DNA from: Alphaproteobacteria bacterium
Lineage (GTDB): Bacteria; Pseudomonadota; Alphaproteobacteria; MPNO01; UBA830
DNA: 64,000 nt
Direction: 5' to 3'
Assembly (NCBI GenBank): GCA_964291215.2
Contig: OZ219791.1
Coordinates: 3,168,001-3,232,000 of the forward strand
The position numbers and the translations under genes were made by a program. Under the pieces are notes generated by a model, which did no database searches, had not been told where the DNA came from, and was given only the letters and a program-made list of their open reading frames with translations. Positions 9,300-21,219 of this stretch are shown here, piece after piece (positions within the stretch are counted from its first letter, which is position 1; each line of letters begins with the position of its first letter).

Positions 9300-10810
9300 G
9301 TGGAAGAACGAATGGATCGGGGAGACCTACCACCTGAACGCGGCTCGACTGCCTTGCTTCCGGCGGCTGGTCGTCGGCGGGATTCGGAGCCGCGCAGGCA
9401 GCGCCGGGGGGCAAGCAGCTGCGCTCGCTGACATCCCGAGGTCCTGATGGGCAACAATTCGGGGAAAGAGCTGTCGGGGGCCCGGCGATCGGGCGGAAGC
9501 TTGGCTTCGGTTCCGACAGCGTGGACGGCGTCCGGCTGTCGGCGGTCATGTACACGGTCCTGTTCACGGTCGCGAGGAGCGGCTTCGATGTTCTCCGCTG
9601 GTTTGATGCCTGCGCGGAGAACAACGGCCGTCCGTCCGGCGATCTGTCGCCTTGGTTGCCGTGGTCGATGAGCCCGGAGAGGCGGCGGAGATTCGCGGCG
9701 CTGCCGTGAGCGACGAGGTCGAGTGCCGCTACCATGGGCGCGACTTCACGGTCGCGGAGATGCGGGTGCTGCGCGAACTGACGGTCACGGAGCGGAACCG
9801 TTCGGCCATCGCCCGCGCCTTCTGCCGTCGCATCGGCTGGTTCAAGCCCGACGGCGGTCTGAAGAAGATGATGGCGGCGGTCACCTTGCTGAAGATGCAC
9901 CGCGACGGCCTCATCGAGCTGCCGCCGCCAGTCCGCCTCCCGCCGCCCCGGAAGCCGATCACGTTCGGGCCGGACACCGAGCCGCCGCCGCGGCTCGCCG
10001 CCCCGAAGACCCTCGACGAGCTCCGCCCGCTGCGCTTCCTGATCGTGATGGGCGGCACCCGGGAAAGCCGGTTGTGGAACGAGTTCGTCGCCCGATGGCA
10101 CTACCTCGGATATACGCGCCTGGTCGGTGCACAGATGCGCTACGCGGTTTATGACCGGAACGACGAGCCGCTGGCCATGCTCGGCTTCTCGACCGCCGCA
10201 TGGAGACTGGCGCCCCGGGACGCCTTCATCGGATGGACATCGGAGCAGCGCGAAAGGAACCTGCCCCTCGTGATCGACAATCCGAGATACCTGATTCTCC
10301 CATGGGTCACCGTCCCGAATCTCGGCTCCCACATCCTTTCGCTTGTTCGCAAGCGGCTGCCCGTGGACTGGACCAAGCGCTACAACACCACGCCCGTGCT
10401 CTGCGAGACCTTCGTCGAGATCCCGCGCCACAGCGGCGGCGTCTACCGGGCCTCGGGCTGGATCCGCGTTGGAACAACCAAGGGGCGCGGCCGCTACGAC
10501 CGATATAAGAAGGCCGACAAGCCGAAGAAGGACATCTGGCTCTGCCCGCTCCGCAAGGACTGGAAGCGGACCCTCAATCGCTGAACCCTGCAACCGCCAA
10601 CCAGCGCACAGGTTGGCGCTCAGCTCCTCCTCCGCAGCGCCGGGACAAAACCGCAACCAATGCGAAAAACACGGCATGGCGCCAGTGCCCGCCAAACCTC
10701 ACCGCGCATTCCGGTGCACGAAACCGTTTCGGGTAACGCTGGAACTCCCTGACAAAAGCCTGTCAAACGGACGAAAACAACAACACCTCACCGCACGAAC
10801 GAACGCTTAC
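9300..10810 (+). mobile_element. IS66-family remnant: shredded tnpC followed by a DUF4338 gene
   Basis: EWIGETYHLNAARL and ACAENNGRPSGDLSPWLPWSM tnpC fragments; right TIR GTAAGCGTTCG (reverse complement) ends at 10810; left end not found. Confidence 0.7.
9706..10584 (+). CDS. DUF4338 / DruA-like domain protein
   Basis: LWNEFVARWHYLGY, LGFSTAAWRLAPRDAFIGW, RYLILPWV.VPNLGSHIL, ETFVE, YRASGW..VGTTKGRG; GTG overlaps tnpC stop. Confidence 0.88.
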   Translation: MSDEVECRYHGRDFTVAEMRVLRELTVTERNRSAIARAFCRRIGWFKPDGGLKKMMAAVTLLKMHRDGLIELPPPVRLPPPRKPITFGPDTEPPPRLAAPKTLDELRPLRFLIVMGGTRESRLWNEFVARWHYLGYTRLVGAQMRYAVYDRNDEPLAMLGFSTAAWRLAPRDAFIGWTSEQRERNLPLVIDNPRYLILPWVTVPNLGSHILSLVRKRLPVDWTKRYNTTPVLCETFVEIPRHSGGVYRASGWIRVGTTKGRGRYDRYKKADKPKKDIWLCPLRKDWKRTLNR

Positions 10811-11197
10811 ATGTTCCGGGACCCCAGCCTGTTCGTATATCTCCTTGAGGACAAGGGCGAACTGACCGATAGAGTGGTGCTGTTACGTGAGCGAATGGTC
10901 GAACGCAACGACGAACTGCTGACTTCGGCGCTTGTCCTCGGCGAACTTCTCGTCAAGCCCACGGAGGCGGACAACGACTTTCTCGTACGCCGCTACGAGC
11001 AAGCGATCGCGGCCGGCCCGCGCCCGCCGCTGTCGCGATACCGTTCGCCGAGATCGGACCGGCCTCCGGATGCGATCCAACCCGCATGCGCCTCGGTGGT
11101 GGGCGTCGACCTGTTCATCACGAACGACAAACGTCTTAGCCGGAGAGCGGTCCCCGGGATCCAATTCACTCAATCGCTCGAAGTCGTGGTCCTTTGA
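10811..11197 (+). pseudogene. PIN-domain (VapC-like) toxin remnant
   Basis: D.SLFVYLLE, TSALVLGELLVKP, PDAIQ.ACA, DLFITNDKRL; 5' end abuts the IS66 TIR; internal deletion. Confidence 0.75.
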
Positions 11198-11461
11198 TCT
11201 CGGGAAGGTCCGCGATGAGCAAGGCCTCTCACGTTCCAGATGGAAGCGTTCGCGATACGAACGCGGATTCGACCGGCGATGGACCGCGGTGGTCGCGTAC
11301 AGGTTTGTGCCGCAGGAACGCCATGCCAGGGTTGCGATCAGGTGGCTCAACCCTCTCGGCGTCGGCCCGTTCTGCCATTCATCGGCACCGGGGCCGCCTG
11401 CAGGTCCGGCAATACATGCACCGACCATGGCGCCGGGATGGCGTCTTCGACCTCGACGGCG

Positions 11462-13150
11462 TCAGCCGGCGGCGAGCGCCGTCTCGCGGATTCCGGAAAG
11501 GGTTGTCGTCGGCAGGACCGTGTCGGCCGGGAGCACGAGTTCGATCAGCGCCGGCCCGTCCGCTGCCAACGCCGCCTCGAAGGCCGGTTCGAATTCTTCC
11601 GTCCGGCGCACCGTTGCACCGGGAATGCCGTGGGCGCGCGCCAGCGCCGCAAAATCCGGATTGACGAGGTCGGTGCCGGAAACGCGGCCCGGATAGTGGC
11701 GTTCCTGGTGCATGCGGATCGTGCCGTAGATCCCATTGTTGACTACGATGAAGATCACCTTCGCGCGCTGCTGCACAGCGCTCGCGATTTCCTGCCCGTT
11801 CATCTGGAAGCAGCCGTCGCCGCTGATCGAGACCACCACCCTGTCGCGATGGCGGATGGCGGCGGATACGCCAGCGGGAACGCCGTAGCCCATGGCGCCG
11901 GCCTGTGGCGCCAGCTGCGTACCGTAGCGCTTGTAGCGGAAATACCGGTGAATCCAGACCGTGTAGTTGCCGGCGCCATTGGCGACGATGGCGTCGTCGG
12001 ACAGGGTCTCGCTGAGCCAGGCGACGATGCGCGCATAGTCGAGAGCGCCCGTTGTGTCGCCGGGTGTGGAAAAGGCGAGATACGCGGCATGCGCAACTAC
12101 GGCCTCGCCGCGCCACGCAGCCGCGACGGGCTCCATGGCCCGGGCCGCCGAACAGAACTCCGCCATGCCGCCGTTGATCGCGAGATCCGGCTGGTAGACC
12201 TTGCCGAGCTCGTCGATTCCGGCAGCGACATGAACGAGGGTCTGGCGCGGCTTGGGGAAGGTGAAGGAGCGGTAGCCGTCGCTGACGATCTCTCCTAGCT
12301 GGGAGCCCAGCACGATCAGGAGGTCGGTGGCATCGATCCGAGCGCGAAGCTGCGGGTCGATGCCCAGCCCGACAACGCCGGCGTAGTTCGGATGGCGATT
12401 GTCGAGGATGTCCTGCCTCCGGAAGGCCGCCGCGACCGGCAGTTCGTTGGCTTCCGCGAAAGCCCTCAGATCGTCGCATGCGCCGGCCGACCAGCCACCT
12501 CCGCCGGCCAGCAGCAACGGCCGCTTAGCGCCTTCCAGAAGCGTTCGCAGCCGCTGCATCTCCTTGCGCCCCGGATGCGGCCGGAGCAGGTGATACGGCC
12601 GGCCATCGCCGGTGTCGGCCCGCTCCGTCTGCATGTCCTCGGGAAGCGCAAGCACCACCGGTCCGGGACGCCCCGATGTTGCAACGTGGAAGGCTCGGCT
12701 CACCATTTCAGGGATGCGGGCGGGGTTGTCGATCTGGGCGACCCATTTCGTCATGACGCCGAACATGCGGCGGAAGTCGATTTCCTGGAACGCCTCGCGC
12801 TCCGTCATGTCGCGGGCGACCTGGCCGAGAAAGAGAATCAGCGGCGTCGAGTCCTGATGCGCCGTATGGATGCCGATCGAGGCGTTGGTCCCCCCGGGGC
12901 CGCGGGTGGCGAAGGCGATGCCCGGCCGGCCGGTCATCTTGCCCCATGCTTCCGCCATGTAGGCGACGCCGCCCTCTTGCCGGCAGACGACGAGGTTGAT
13001 GCTGCTCTGCAGATCGTGGAGTGCGTCCAAGGTCGCGAGATAGCTTTCGCCCGGGACGCAGAAGACGGTATCGACGCCGTGCAGGCGGAGGCAGTCGACG
13101 AGGATCTGTCCGCCGGTCCGGAAGTTGCTGCCGGTTCCCGTGTCGGTCAT
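11462..13150 (-). CDS. Thiamine pyrophosphate-binding enzyme (acetolactate synthase-like)
   Basis: FCVPGESY, CRQEGG, GPGGTN, GDGCFQMNGQE..NNGIYGTIRMHQE. Confidence 0.93.
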   Translation of the reverse strand: MTDTGTGSNFRTGGQILVDCLRLHGVDTVFCVPGESYLATLDALHDLQSSINLVVCRQEGGVAYMAEAWGKMTGRPGIAFATRGPGGTNASIGIHTAHQDSTPLILFLGQVARDMTEREAFQEIDFRRMFGVMTKWVAQIDNPARIPEMVSRAFHVATSGRPGPVVLALPEDMQTERADTGDGRPYHLLRPHPGRKEMQRLRTLLEGAKRPLLLAGGGGWSAGACDDLRAFAEANELPVAAAFRRQDILDNRHPNYAGVVGLGIDPQLRARIDATDLLIVLGSQLGEIVSDGYRSFTFPKPRQTLVHVAAGIDELGKVYQPDLAINGGMAEFCSAARAMEPVAAAWRGEAVVAHAAYLAFSTPGDTTGALDYARIVAWLSETLSDDAIVANGAGNYTVWIHRYFRYKRYGTQLAPQAGAMGYGVPAGVSAAIRHRDRVVVSISGDGCFQMNGQEIASAVQQRAKVIFIVVNNGIYGTIRMHQERHYPGRVSGTDLVNPDFAALARAHGIPGATVRRTEEFEPAFEAALAADGPALIELVLPADTVLPTTTLSGIRETALAAG

Positions 13151-13818
13151 CGCCAGGTCTCGATCAACCGGTCAAGAAGTATCGTGTATTGCTGCCTCTT
13201 CGGCTTGTTCCTGTCTTCCTCGTTGACGTAGGAGATCGAGGATTTGCCGAGGAGCGCACGCGGCAGGATCATCACCCGGCAGAATTCGCCGGGCCGGTCA
13301 TCGGGCGCGCGGGCTAGCACCGGCTCGGGCCCGGATTCGAACCAGCAACCGCCGCGAGCGATTTCGTGGGTCTTGCCGCCTGTCTCGACGGTCAGGCGTC
13401 CGTCGAGAAGGTAGCGGATTCCGGGGCCCTGGTGGGTGTGCAGGTAGGCGACGCCCGACGGTGGAATCAGCACCCGGTCGCAGCGAAGGAGAAAGTCGGT
13501 GCCGGATGCAAGGCTGATCCCGGCCGCGAGCTCGAGACGCGATGCGACGTTGGAGCCGGTCGCCGGCATGTCTGCGGGATCGGGACCCACGAGCTCGTAG
13601 CGCAGGAGGTTCGCCGGGGCCTGCCCGGCCACTATCATCGTCTCGCCGCTGCCGAGCCACGCCTCGCCCGCTTCGACGGTGACGGCGGCGCCGGAATGGG
13701 TGATGTCGACGGATGCCGACAGCGGGCAGATTGCCCGCACCGCCGCGGGCAGGGGAGCGGCCAGGGCTGCCCCGGCGGCGAGGCTGTCGCCGTAAAGCCG
13801 CAGTGTATGTGCTGCCAT
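13147..13818 (-). CDS. Cupin-domain protein
   Basis: [23 protein letters not shown]; overlaps start of TPP enzyme gene. Confidence 0.8.
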   Translation of the reverse strand: MAAHTLRLYGDSLAAGAALAAPLPAAVRAICPLSASVDITHSGAAVTVEAGEAWLGSGETMIVAGQAPANLLRYELVGPDPADMPATGSNVASRLELAAGISLASGTDFLLRCDRVLIPPSGVAYLHTHQGPGIRYLLDGRLTVETGGKTHEIARGGCWFESGPEPVLARAPDDRPGEFCRVMILPRALLGKSSISYVNEEDRNKPKRQQYTILLDRLIETWR

Positions 13819-13913
13819 GCCGTTGTCCTTCCCGCGGTCGCCGGTTCGTTGACCGTGACGCGCCGGCGGCTATGATGGTGTCCTGCCGCCATACCGTCCC
13901 GGAGTACGAAATC

Positions 13914-15422
13914 GTGAGGAACCATACCCTAAGGGTATACCGTTCGGAAGAACATCTGCCGCGCGAGGGGCAGCTGGCATGGAAGATCGCGGCGGTGGCG
14001 TCGGATCCGGTGGCCGTCGAGGACGACGTTACGGAGATGATCGTCAACAGGATCATCGACAACGCGTCGGTGGCCGTGGCAGCCCTCAACCGGCGGCCGG
14101 TAGCGAACGCGCGCGCGATGGGCATATGTCATCCCCGCGAAGGCGGCGCGACCATATTCGGACTCCCGTCCCGGCGCCGGTTCTCGGCCGAATGGGCGGC
14201 ATGGGCCAATGGCACGGCGGTGCGCGAGCTCGACTACCACGACACGTTCCTCGCCGCCGACTATTCCCATCCCGGCGACAATATCCCGCCGATTCTGGCA
14301 GTCGCCCAGCAGAAGGGGTGCAGCGGTCGCGACCTCGTTCGCGGCATCGCGACCGCATACGAGATCCAGGTCGACCTTGTGAAGGGCATCTGCCTGCATG
14401 CCCGCAAGATCGATCACATCGCCCATATCGGACCATCCGCCGCGGCCGGCATTGGTACGCTGCTCGGACTCGACGCGTCCTGCATCTACCAGGCCGTGCA
14501 GCAGGGGCTGCATGTGACCTGTACTACCCGCCAGTCCCGCAAGGGCGAGATCTCGAGCTGGAAGGCCTATGCGCCCGCGCATGCGGGAAAGCTCGCGATC
14601 GAGGCGGTCGACCGCTGCATGCGCGGCGAGGGTGCTCCGTCGCCGATCTACGAGGGCGAGGACAGCGTCCTCGCCTGGATGCTTGACGCAGGTAATCGCG
14701 AATATGTGGTTCCGCTTCCTGAGCCGGGCGAGCCCAAGCGCGCAATCCTTGAGACCTACACCAAGGAGCATTCGGCCGAATACCAGAGCCAGGCGCTCAT
14801 AGATCTCGCGCGGAGAATGGGTGCACGAATAGCGAATGCCGATTCCGTCGAGAATATCGTCATCCACACCAGCCACCATACCCACAACGTGATCGGCACC
14901 GGCGCCGGCGATCCACAGAAGATGGATCCCGGGGCGAGCCGCGAGACGCTCGACCATTCGATCATGTACATCTTCGCCGTCGCGCTCCAGGACCGTGCTT
15001 GGCACCATGTACGGTCCTATGCTCCGGAAAGGGCGCAGCGCGCCGATACCGTCCGCCTGTGGCACAAGGTATCCACGGTCGAGGATCCGGTATGGACCGA
15101 ACGCTACCATGATCCCGATCCCGGGCGGCGCGCTTTCGGAGGAAGGGTCGTGATCACGATGAAGAACGGCGATATTCTCGAAGACGAGCTTGCGGTGGCC
15201 GACGCGCATCCCGCCGGGGCGCGGCCGTTCGCTCGCGACGACTATATCGGAAAATTCAATGTCTTGACGCAGGATCTCGTGTCTGAAAAGGAACGACAGC
15301 GGTTCCTTGAGGCGGCGTACCGGCTGCCCGAGCTGTCGGCATCCGAACTCGGTGCCCTCAACGTGACCCTGGATCTTGCTGAACTCTCCTCCGCCGAGCC
15401 CGACGGACGGGGAATCTTCTGA
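13914..15422 (+). CDS. prpD: 2-methylcitrate dehydratase (MmgE/PrpD)
   Basis: [54 protein letters not shown]; start inferred. Confidence 0.93.
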   Translation: MRNHTLRVYRSEEHLPREGQLAWKIAAVASDPVAVEDDVTEMIVNRIIDNASVAVAALNRRPVANARAMGICHPREGGATIFGLPSRRRFSAEWAAWANGTAVRELDYHDTFLAADYSHPGDNIPPILAVAQQKGCSGRDLVRGIATAYEIQVDLVKGICLHARKIDHIAHIGPSAAAGIGTLLGLDASCIYQAVQQGLHVTCTTRQSRKGEISSWKAYAPAHAGKLAIEAVDRCMRGEGAPSPIYEGEDSVLAWMLDAGNREYVVPLPEPGEPKRAILETYTKEHSAEYQSQALIDLARRMGARIANADSVENIVIHTSHHTHNVIGTGAGDPQKMDPGASRETLDHSIMYIFAVALQDRAWHHVRSYAPERAQRADTVRLWHKVSTVEDPVWTERYHDPDPGRRAFGGRVVITMKNGDILEDELAVADAHPAGARPFARDDYIGKFNVLTQDLVSEKERQRFLEAAYRLPELSASELGALNVTLDLAELSSAEPDGRGIF

Positions 15423-16318
15423 TGCTGTTTCCCGTCAAGAGCGGTGCCGAGAAGAGGGCCGACCTCCGCGCCGCCCTTGCGTCGGGCCGGCTTCTCCGCT
15501 TTCCGGGCGCCCACGCGCCGATCGTGTCGCTGGTCATTGAGGAGCAGGGCTTCGACGGCGTCTACATATCGGGGGCCGCGCTCTCGGCTGATCTTGGATT
15601 GCCGGACATCGGACTTACCACCCTCGGCGAGGTGACCCAGCGCGGCCGCCAGATCGCGCGGGTCACCAGCCTGCCGGCGCTGATCGACGTCGATACCGGT
15701 TTCGGGGAGCCGCTCAATGCGGCCCGGACCGTTCAGGAGCTTGAGGAGCTCGGGATCGCGGGCTGCCATCTTGAGGACCAGGTCAATCCCAAGCGGTGCG
15801 GTCATCTTGACAACAAGACCATCGTGCCGACCGGCGAGATGGTGATGAAGATCAGGGCTGCCGCGAACGCGCGGCGCGACCCCAACTTCCTCCTGATGGC
15901 GCGCACCGACGCCCGCGCCTCTGAGGGGCTCGAGGCCGCGCTCGAGCGCGCCCGCGCCTACGTCGATGCCGGTGCGGACGCGATTTTTCCCGAAGCGCTG
16001 CAGGACGTGTCCGAATACGAGCGGACGCGCAGGGAGCTCGGCGACGTGCTGCTCTTGGCGAACCTCACGGAGTTCGGCAAGACGCCGCTCCTGACGGCGG
16101 ACGAGCTTGAGGAGCTTGGATTCAACATCGTCATCTACCCGGTATCGTCGCTGCGCCTCGCGATGAAGGCGGTGGAGGACGGTCTCGCGGAACTGAAGGA
16201 CCGAGGGACGCAGAAGGGGCTCGTCGAGCACATGCAGACCCGCAAGCGCCTCTACGAACTCATCCGCTACGAGCAGTACAACCGCTTCGACAGCGACATC
16301 TACGATTTCAGGATCTGA
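15422..16318 (+). CDS. prpB: 2-methylisocitrate lyase
   Basis: GLPDIG, DVDTGFG, EDQVNPKRCGHL, ARTDA, NLTEFGKTP. Confidence 0.95.
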   Translation: MLFPVKSGAEKRADLRAALASGRLLRFPGAHAPIVSLVIEEQGFDGVYISGAALSADLGLPDIGLTTLGEVTQRGRQIARVTSLPALIDVDTGFGEPLNAARTVQELEELGIAGCHLEDQVNPKRCGHLDNKTIVPTGEMVMKIRAAANARRDPNFLLMARTDARASEGLEAALERARAYVDAGADAIFPEALQDVSEYERTRRELGDVLLLANLTEFGKTPLLTADELEELGFNIVIYPVSSLRLAMKAVEDGLAELKDRGTQKGLVEHMQTRKRLYELIRYEQYNRFDSDIYDFRI

Positions 16319-16334
16319 CAGGGGGGCAACCGAA

Positions 16335-17510
16335 ATGGCAGCACGATCAGCCCGGAAGGCAGGGACAGGCAGGTCGCGCAAGCCGGCGGAGCCCGTGATC
16401 CACAAGGGCCTCGCCGGGATCACCGTCGACACCACCTCGGTTTCCAAGGTCGTGCCGGAGACCAATTCGCTGACCTATCGCGGCTATGCGGTGCAGGACC
16501 TTGCCGCCAAGTGCCGTTTCGAGGAGGTTGCGTACCTGATTCTCCATGGCGAGCTTCCCAACCACCGCCAGTACCGGGCGTTCGTCGCCGACGAACGCCG
16601 CCGCCGGGAGCTGACGCGTCCGCACCTTGAGGTCATCAGGCAGTTTCCGAAATCCGCGCACCCCATGGACACGTTGCGCACCGCGGTCAGCTGTCTCGGC
16701 ACGACGGAAACCGCGTGGGGCGGTGAGCCGCGGGAACGCGACCTCGACCGGACGATGAACCTGCTCGCCAAGATCCCGACGATGATTGCCGCCGACTACC
16801 GCTTTCGCAAGGGACAGACGCGCAGGCGTCCGCGCGACGACCTTTCGTTTTCGGAGAATTTCTTTCACATGTGCTTCGGCAAGGTGCCGCCGGCAAAAGT
16901 CATTCGGGCGTTCGACACCTCCCTGATCCTCTATGCCGAACACAGCTTCAACGCGTCGACCTTCACCGCCCGCGTGATCACCTCTTCGCGGTCCGACATC
17001 TACAGCGCCGTGACCGGTGCGATCGGTTCGCTCAAGGGGCCGCTGCACGGCGGCGCCAACGAAGCCGTCATGCACAATCTCCTTGAGATTGCTGCGCCCG
17101 AGCGCGCGGAGTCGTGGCTGCGCGAGCGGTTCGCGGCGAAGGATCTGGTAATGGGGTTTGGGCACCGCGTCTACAAGCAGGGCGATTCGCGGGTCCCGAC
17201 CATGCGCGCTGCGCTGGAGGACCTCACCGCGTGGAGCGGCGACGGCCGTTGGGTCGAAATATCGGACATTCTCCAGGGCATCATGATCGGGGAGAAGGGT
17301 ATTCATCCGAATCTCGATTTTCCCGCCGGTCCCGCTTACTACCTGATGGGCTTCGACATCGACATGTACACGCCGATCTTCGTCATGAGCAGGATCACCG
17401 GCTGGGCCGCGCATGTCCTCGAGCAGAATGCCGACAACAGCCTGATCCGGCCGCTCAGCGCTTATGGCGGCATCAGCCAGCGCGAGGTCAAGCCGATTTC
17501 ACGGCGCTGA
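16335..17510 (+). CDS. prpC: 2-methylcitrate synthase / citrate synthase
   Basis: YAEHSFNAST, GPLHGGANE, GFGHRVYK, NLDF; follows prpDB. Confidence 0.92.
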   Translation: MAARSARKAGTGRSRKPAEPVIHKGLAGITVDTTSVSKVVPETNSLTYRGYAVQDLAAKCRFEEVAYLILHGELPNHRQYRAFVADERRRRELTRPHLEVIRQFPKSAHPMDTLRTAVSCLGTTETAWGGEPRERDLDRTMNLLAKIPTMIAADYRFRKGQTRRRPRDDLSFSENFFHMCFGKVPPAKVIRAFDTSLILYAEHSFNASTFTARVITSSRSDIYSAVTGAIGSLKGPLHGGANEAVMHNLLEIAAPERAESWLRERFAAKDLVMGFGHRVYKQGDSRVPTMRAALEDLTAWSGDGRWVEISDILQGIMIGEKGIHPNLDFPAGPAYYLMGFDIDMYTPIFVMSRITGWAAHVLEQNADNSLIRPLSAYGGISQREVKPISRR

Positions 17511-17573
17511 GTCGTTGCCGCCGGCGCGGCGATCGCATATCTTCGCGCGCCGCCACAGAGGAAGCGTCCCGCC

Positions 17574-18887
17574 ATGCGGATGTCCGCCTATTTCCTGCCG
17601 ACCCTGAAGGAGGATCCAGCCGAGGCGCAGATCGTGTCGCATCGGCTGATGCTGCGTGCCGGCATGATCCGCCAGTCCAGTGCGGGCATTTATTCCTGGC
17701 TGCCGCTTGGCCTCAGGGTGCTGCGCCAGATCGAGCGCATCGTGCGGGAGGAACAGGATCGGGCGGGGTGTCAGGAAGTGCTGATGCCGACGATTCAGCC
17801 CGCCGATCTGTGGCGCGAAAGCGGGCGCTATGACGATTACGGCGCCGAGATGCTCCGTATCCGCGACCGTCACGATCGTGAGATGCTCTACGGGCCGACC
17901 AACGAGGAGCAGATTACCGAGATCGTTCGCGCACACGCCCGGAGCTACAAGGACTTTCCCAAGGTATTTTACCACATACAGTGGAAGTTCCGCGACGAAG
18001 TGCGCCCCCGTTTCGGCGTCATGCGGGGCCGCGAGTTCCTGATGAAGGACGCCTACTCCTTCGATCTCGACGCCGCGGGTGCCCGGAGCGCCTACAACAG
18101 GATGTTTGTCTCCTACCTGCGCACCTTCGCCCGCATGGGGTTGAAGACGATTCCCATGGCCGCCGATACCGGACCGATCGGTGGCGATCTCAGCCATGAA
18201 TTCATCGTTCTCGCCGAGACCGGCGAGAGCGATGTCTATTGCCACCGCAAGCTCCTCGAATTCGACGTGCTCGACCAGGAGATCGACTACGGGTCCGATC
18301 TGCAACCTCTGGTCGACCGCTGGACAGGCCTTTACGCGGCGACGGACGACCTCCATGACGAGGCGGCAGGCCGCGAACTCGGAGAAGACCTGGTGACTGC
18401 GCGGGGCATCGAGGTCGGCCACATCTTCTATTTCGGGACCAAGTATTCGCAGACGATGAACGCCGCCGTCAGCGGCCCCGACGGCACCGAGGTCTTTCCC
18501 GAAATGGGGTCCTACGGGATCGGCGTCTCGCGTCTCGCCGGCGCGCTGATCGAGGCGTTCCACGACGACGCCGGGATCGTGTGGCCGGCTGCCGTGGCGC
18601 CGTTCGGGGTGGGGCTGACAAACCTCAGGGTCGGCGATGCGGCGTGTGATGAAGCCTGCCAGCGGCTCTATGGCGAGCTCCAGGCCGCCGGGCTCGACCC
18701 CCTCTATGACGACCGCGAGGAACGCGCCGGCACCAAGTTCGCGGACATGGACCTTATCGGACTGCCATGGCAGCTCATCGTCGGCCCAAGGGGCATTGCG
18801 CACGGGACTGTCGAACTGAAGAATCGCGCTACCGGCGAGCGCCAGGAACTGTCTTCCGAATCTGCCTTGGCCCGACTGGCTCAATGA
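17574..18887 (+). CDS. proS: Proline-tRNA ligase (short form without editing domain)
   Basis: [40 protein letters not shown]. Confidence 0.97.
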   Translation: MRMSAYFLPTLKEDPAEAQIVSHRLMLRAGMIRQSSAGIYSWLPLGLRVLRQIERIVREEQDRAGCQEVLMPTIQPADLWRESGRYDDYGAEMLRIRDRHDREMLYGPTNEEQITEIVRAHARSYKDFPKVFYHIQWKFRDEVRPRFGVMRGREFLMKDAYSFDLDAAGARSAYNRMFVSYLRTFARMGLKTIPMAADTGPIGGDLSHEFIVLAETGESDVYCHRKLLEFDVLDQEIDYGSDLQPLVDRWTGLYAATDDLHDEAAGRELGEDLVTARGIEVGHIFYFGTKYSQTMNAAVSGPDGTEVFPEMGSYGIGVSRLAGALIEAFHDDAGIVWPAAVAPFGVGLTNLRVGDAACDEACQRLYGELQAAGLDPLYDDREERAGTKFADMDLIGLPWQLIVGPRGIAHGTVELKNRATGERQELSSESALARLAQ

Positions 18888-20134
18888 TTTTCGGCGCCTT
18901 CGAGAGGATGGTCGCGTTCCGCTATTTGCGCGCGCGCCGTGAACGGGGCTTCATTTCTGTCATCGCCGGGTTCTCGCTTGCCGGCATCGCGCTTGGCGTG
19001 GCCACCCTGATCATCGTCATGTCCGTCATGAACGGGTTCCGTGTCGAGCTGATGCACCGGATTCTGGGGCTGAATGGCCATCTCGCAGCATCCAGCGCGG
19101 TTGGGAGGACATTGCCGGATTTTGACTCGCTGGTGCGCGAGATCATGGCGCTTGATGGTGTGCGCCAGGTAATTCCGACGGTCGGAGGCCAGGTTCTGGC
19201 AACCGCCAACGGCGTTGCCGGGGGCGCCGTCGTCCGCGGCGTTCCGCCGGACGATCTCCGGGCCCGCGCCATCATCTCGGACAACATTCGTGAGGGATCC
19301 CTTCGCGACTTCGAGGGCAGAAACGCGGTCATCGTCGGCACCCGTTTCGCCAGCAAGTTCGGTGTCCGTCCGGGTGACCGCATCAGGCTGGTGTCTCCTC
19401 AGTCCGCCAGCACCGCTTTTGGCTCGGTGCCGCGCGTTGGGCGCTTTACGGTGGTCGCGCTGTTCGATGTCGGGATGCACGAATACGATTCGGCCTTTGT
19501 CTTCATGCCGCTCGCGGCAGCGCAGAGATATTTCCGCACCGGCCCCGAGGTGACGAGCCTGGAGATCTTCCTCGACGATCCCGATGGCGTCCCGACCGTC
19601 AGGCCGAAGCTTCCCCTGTCCGGCGGAAAACCGCTCAGGGTCGTCGACTGGCAGCGCGCCAATGACAGCTTCTTCAACGCCATCGAGGTCGAGCGCAACG
19701 TCATGTTCCTGATCCTGACCCTGATCATACTCGTCGCCGCCTTCAACATCATTTCGAGCCTGATAATGTTGGTGAAGGACAAGGGTCGGGATATCGCGAT
19801 CCTGCGCACCATGGGTGCGACGCGGGGCATGATCCTGCGTATCTTCCTGCTTGCCGGCGCGTCGGTCGGCATCCTTGGCACCGCGGTGGGCTTCGTGCTC
19901 GGCATCGCCTTTGCAGACAATATCGAGACCATCCGGCAATGGCTGCAATCGCTGACCGGGACTGAACTGTTTGCCGCGGAGATCTACTTTCTGTCGCAAT
20001 TGCCGTCGGTCCTGCTCGCAGAAGATGTCATTGGCGTGGTAGCGATGTCACTTTGCCTGTCGGTTCTCGCGACGCTCTATCCCGCCTGGCGGGCGGCGCG
20101 GCTCGATCCCGTCGAGGCGTTGCGCTATGAGTGA
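18884..20134 (+). CDS. lolE: Lipoprotein-releasing ABC permease LolC/E
   Basis: [45 protein letters not shown]. Confidence 0.93.
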   Translation: MIFGAFERMVAFRYLRARRERGFISVIAGFSLAGIALGVATLIIVMSVMNGFRVELMHRILGLNGHLAASSAVGRTLPDFDSLVREIMALDGVRQVIPTVGGQVLATANGVAGGAVVRGVPPDDLRARAIISDNIREGSLRDFEGRNAVIVGTRFASKFGVRPGDRIRLVSPQSASTAFGSVPRVGRFTVVALFDVGMHEYDSAFVFMPLAAAQRYFRTGPEVTSLEIFLDDPDGVPTVRPKLPLSGGKPLRVVDWQRANDSFFNAIEVERNVMFLILTLIILVAAFNIISSLIMLVKDKGRDIAILRTMGATRGMILRIFLLAGASVGILGTAVGFVLGIAFADNIETIRQWLQSLTGTELFAAEIYFLSQLPSVLLAEDVIGVVAMSLCLSVLATLYPAWRAARLDPVEALRYE

Positions 20135-20807
20135 CGCCGTCCTCGAATTGCGGGACATTGTCCGGACTTTCCGCCAGGGCGAAGACAGGCTCGAGGTCCT
20201 GTGCGGGGCGTCGCTTCATGTCGCCGCGGGCGAGATCGTTGCACTGACAGGACCCTCGGGTGCCGGAAAGTCGACGTTTCTCCATGTCGCCGGGCTTCTC
20301 GAGCGCCCGGATGCGGGAGAGGTCGTCGTCAGGGGCGAGGCATGCGGCAGGCTGTCGGATGACGAGCGCACCACGCTACGGCGGCGGTCGATAGGATTCG
20401 TCTATCAGTTTCATCATCTGTTGCCCGAATTTACGGCTCTCGAGAACCTCGTGCTGCCACAGATGATTGCCGGTGTTGGCAGGGCGGCGGCCGGTCGCCG
20501 GGCACAGGAAATGCTGGAGATGACAGGCATCGCCGAGAGGGCGCGCCACCGGCCCGCGGAGATGTCCGGAGGACAGCAGCAGCGCGTGGCCATCGCCCGC
20601 GCCTTCGCCAATCAACCGGAGATACTGATAGCGGACGAACCCACCGGCAATCTTGATCAGGAAACCGCCGATCGAATGTTCGGGCTCCTGCTCGATCTGG
20701 TTCGCGGGCAAGGAGTAGGCGCGCTGGTTGCGACCCACAATCCCGAGCTGGCCGCGCGCATGGACCGGGAATTGACGGTGCGGAATGGCGCGTTGGAGGA
20801 GGCTTGA
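20127..20807 (+). CDS. lolD: Lipoprotein-releasing ABC ATPase
   Basis: GPSGAGKST, GFVYQFHHLL, MSGGQQQR, ADEPTGNLD. Confidence 0.94.
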   Translation: MSDAVLELRDIVRTFRQGEDRLEVLCGASLHVAAGEIVALTGPSGAGKSTFLHVAGLLERPDAGEVVVRGEACGRLSDDERTTLRRRSIGFVYQFHHLLPEFTALENLVLPQMIAGVGRAAAGRRAQEMLEMTGIAERARHRPAEMSGGQQQRVAIARAFANQPEILIADEPTGNLDQETADRMFGLLLDLVRGQGVGALVATHNPELAARMDRELTVRNGALEEA

Positions 20808-21029
20808 GCGACCGGCGGGACAAGTTGCAGGAGGGCGGTTTGGAAACGCGGACGCGTTTCAGCCGACACCCGATCGAAGTTCAGATGTCCTGACCTCGTG
20901 AGTTGGCTTGATCAGTCCGCCCCCCCTTTCCAACACCAATGAACGGGTTTCCCGGTTTTTTGCTGTCGAGAGTTAGCGACACGCCGAACGGCCAGCCTGG
21001 CGGAGAAATCCTCAATGCGCTAACATTCA

Positions 21030-21058
21030 CCTTGGACCAGTCGACGGGGGCAGGTCAT
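21030..21058. mobile_element. Isolated IS3-family-like terminal repeat
   Basis: TGGACCAGTCGACGGGGGCAGGTCA resembles IS3/IS407 ends (TGACCTGCCCC). Confidence 0.45.
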
Positions 21059-21219
21059 GATTTACACTCCGTCGGCATGGAGCGGTCTCCGTGCTTGTTA
21101 TAACTGATTGATATATTGTCCAATTACACGGATTCATGGTCCATGCAAACCCTCATGGCAAAACATGCGGGCTGTTCCGGACACGCCCGGACCGATGGCC
21201 GCACCGCCCGCCGGGGCAT

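Noticed and set aside
9706-10584. Complete Druantia system
   Set aside because: No DruE helicase or other dru genes are present; the context is IS66
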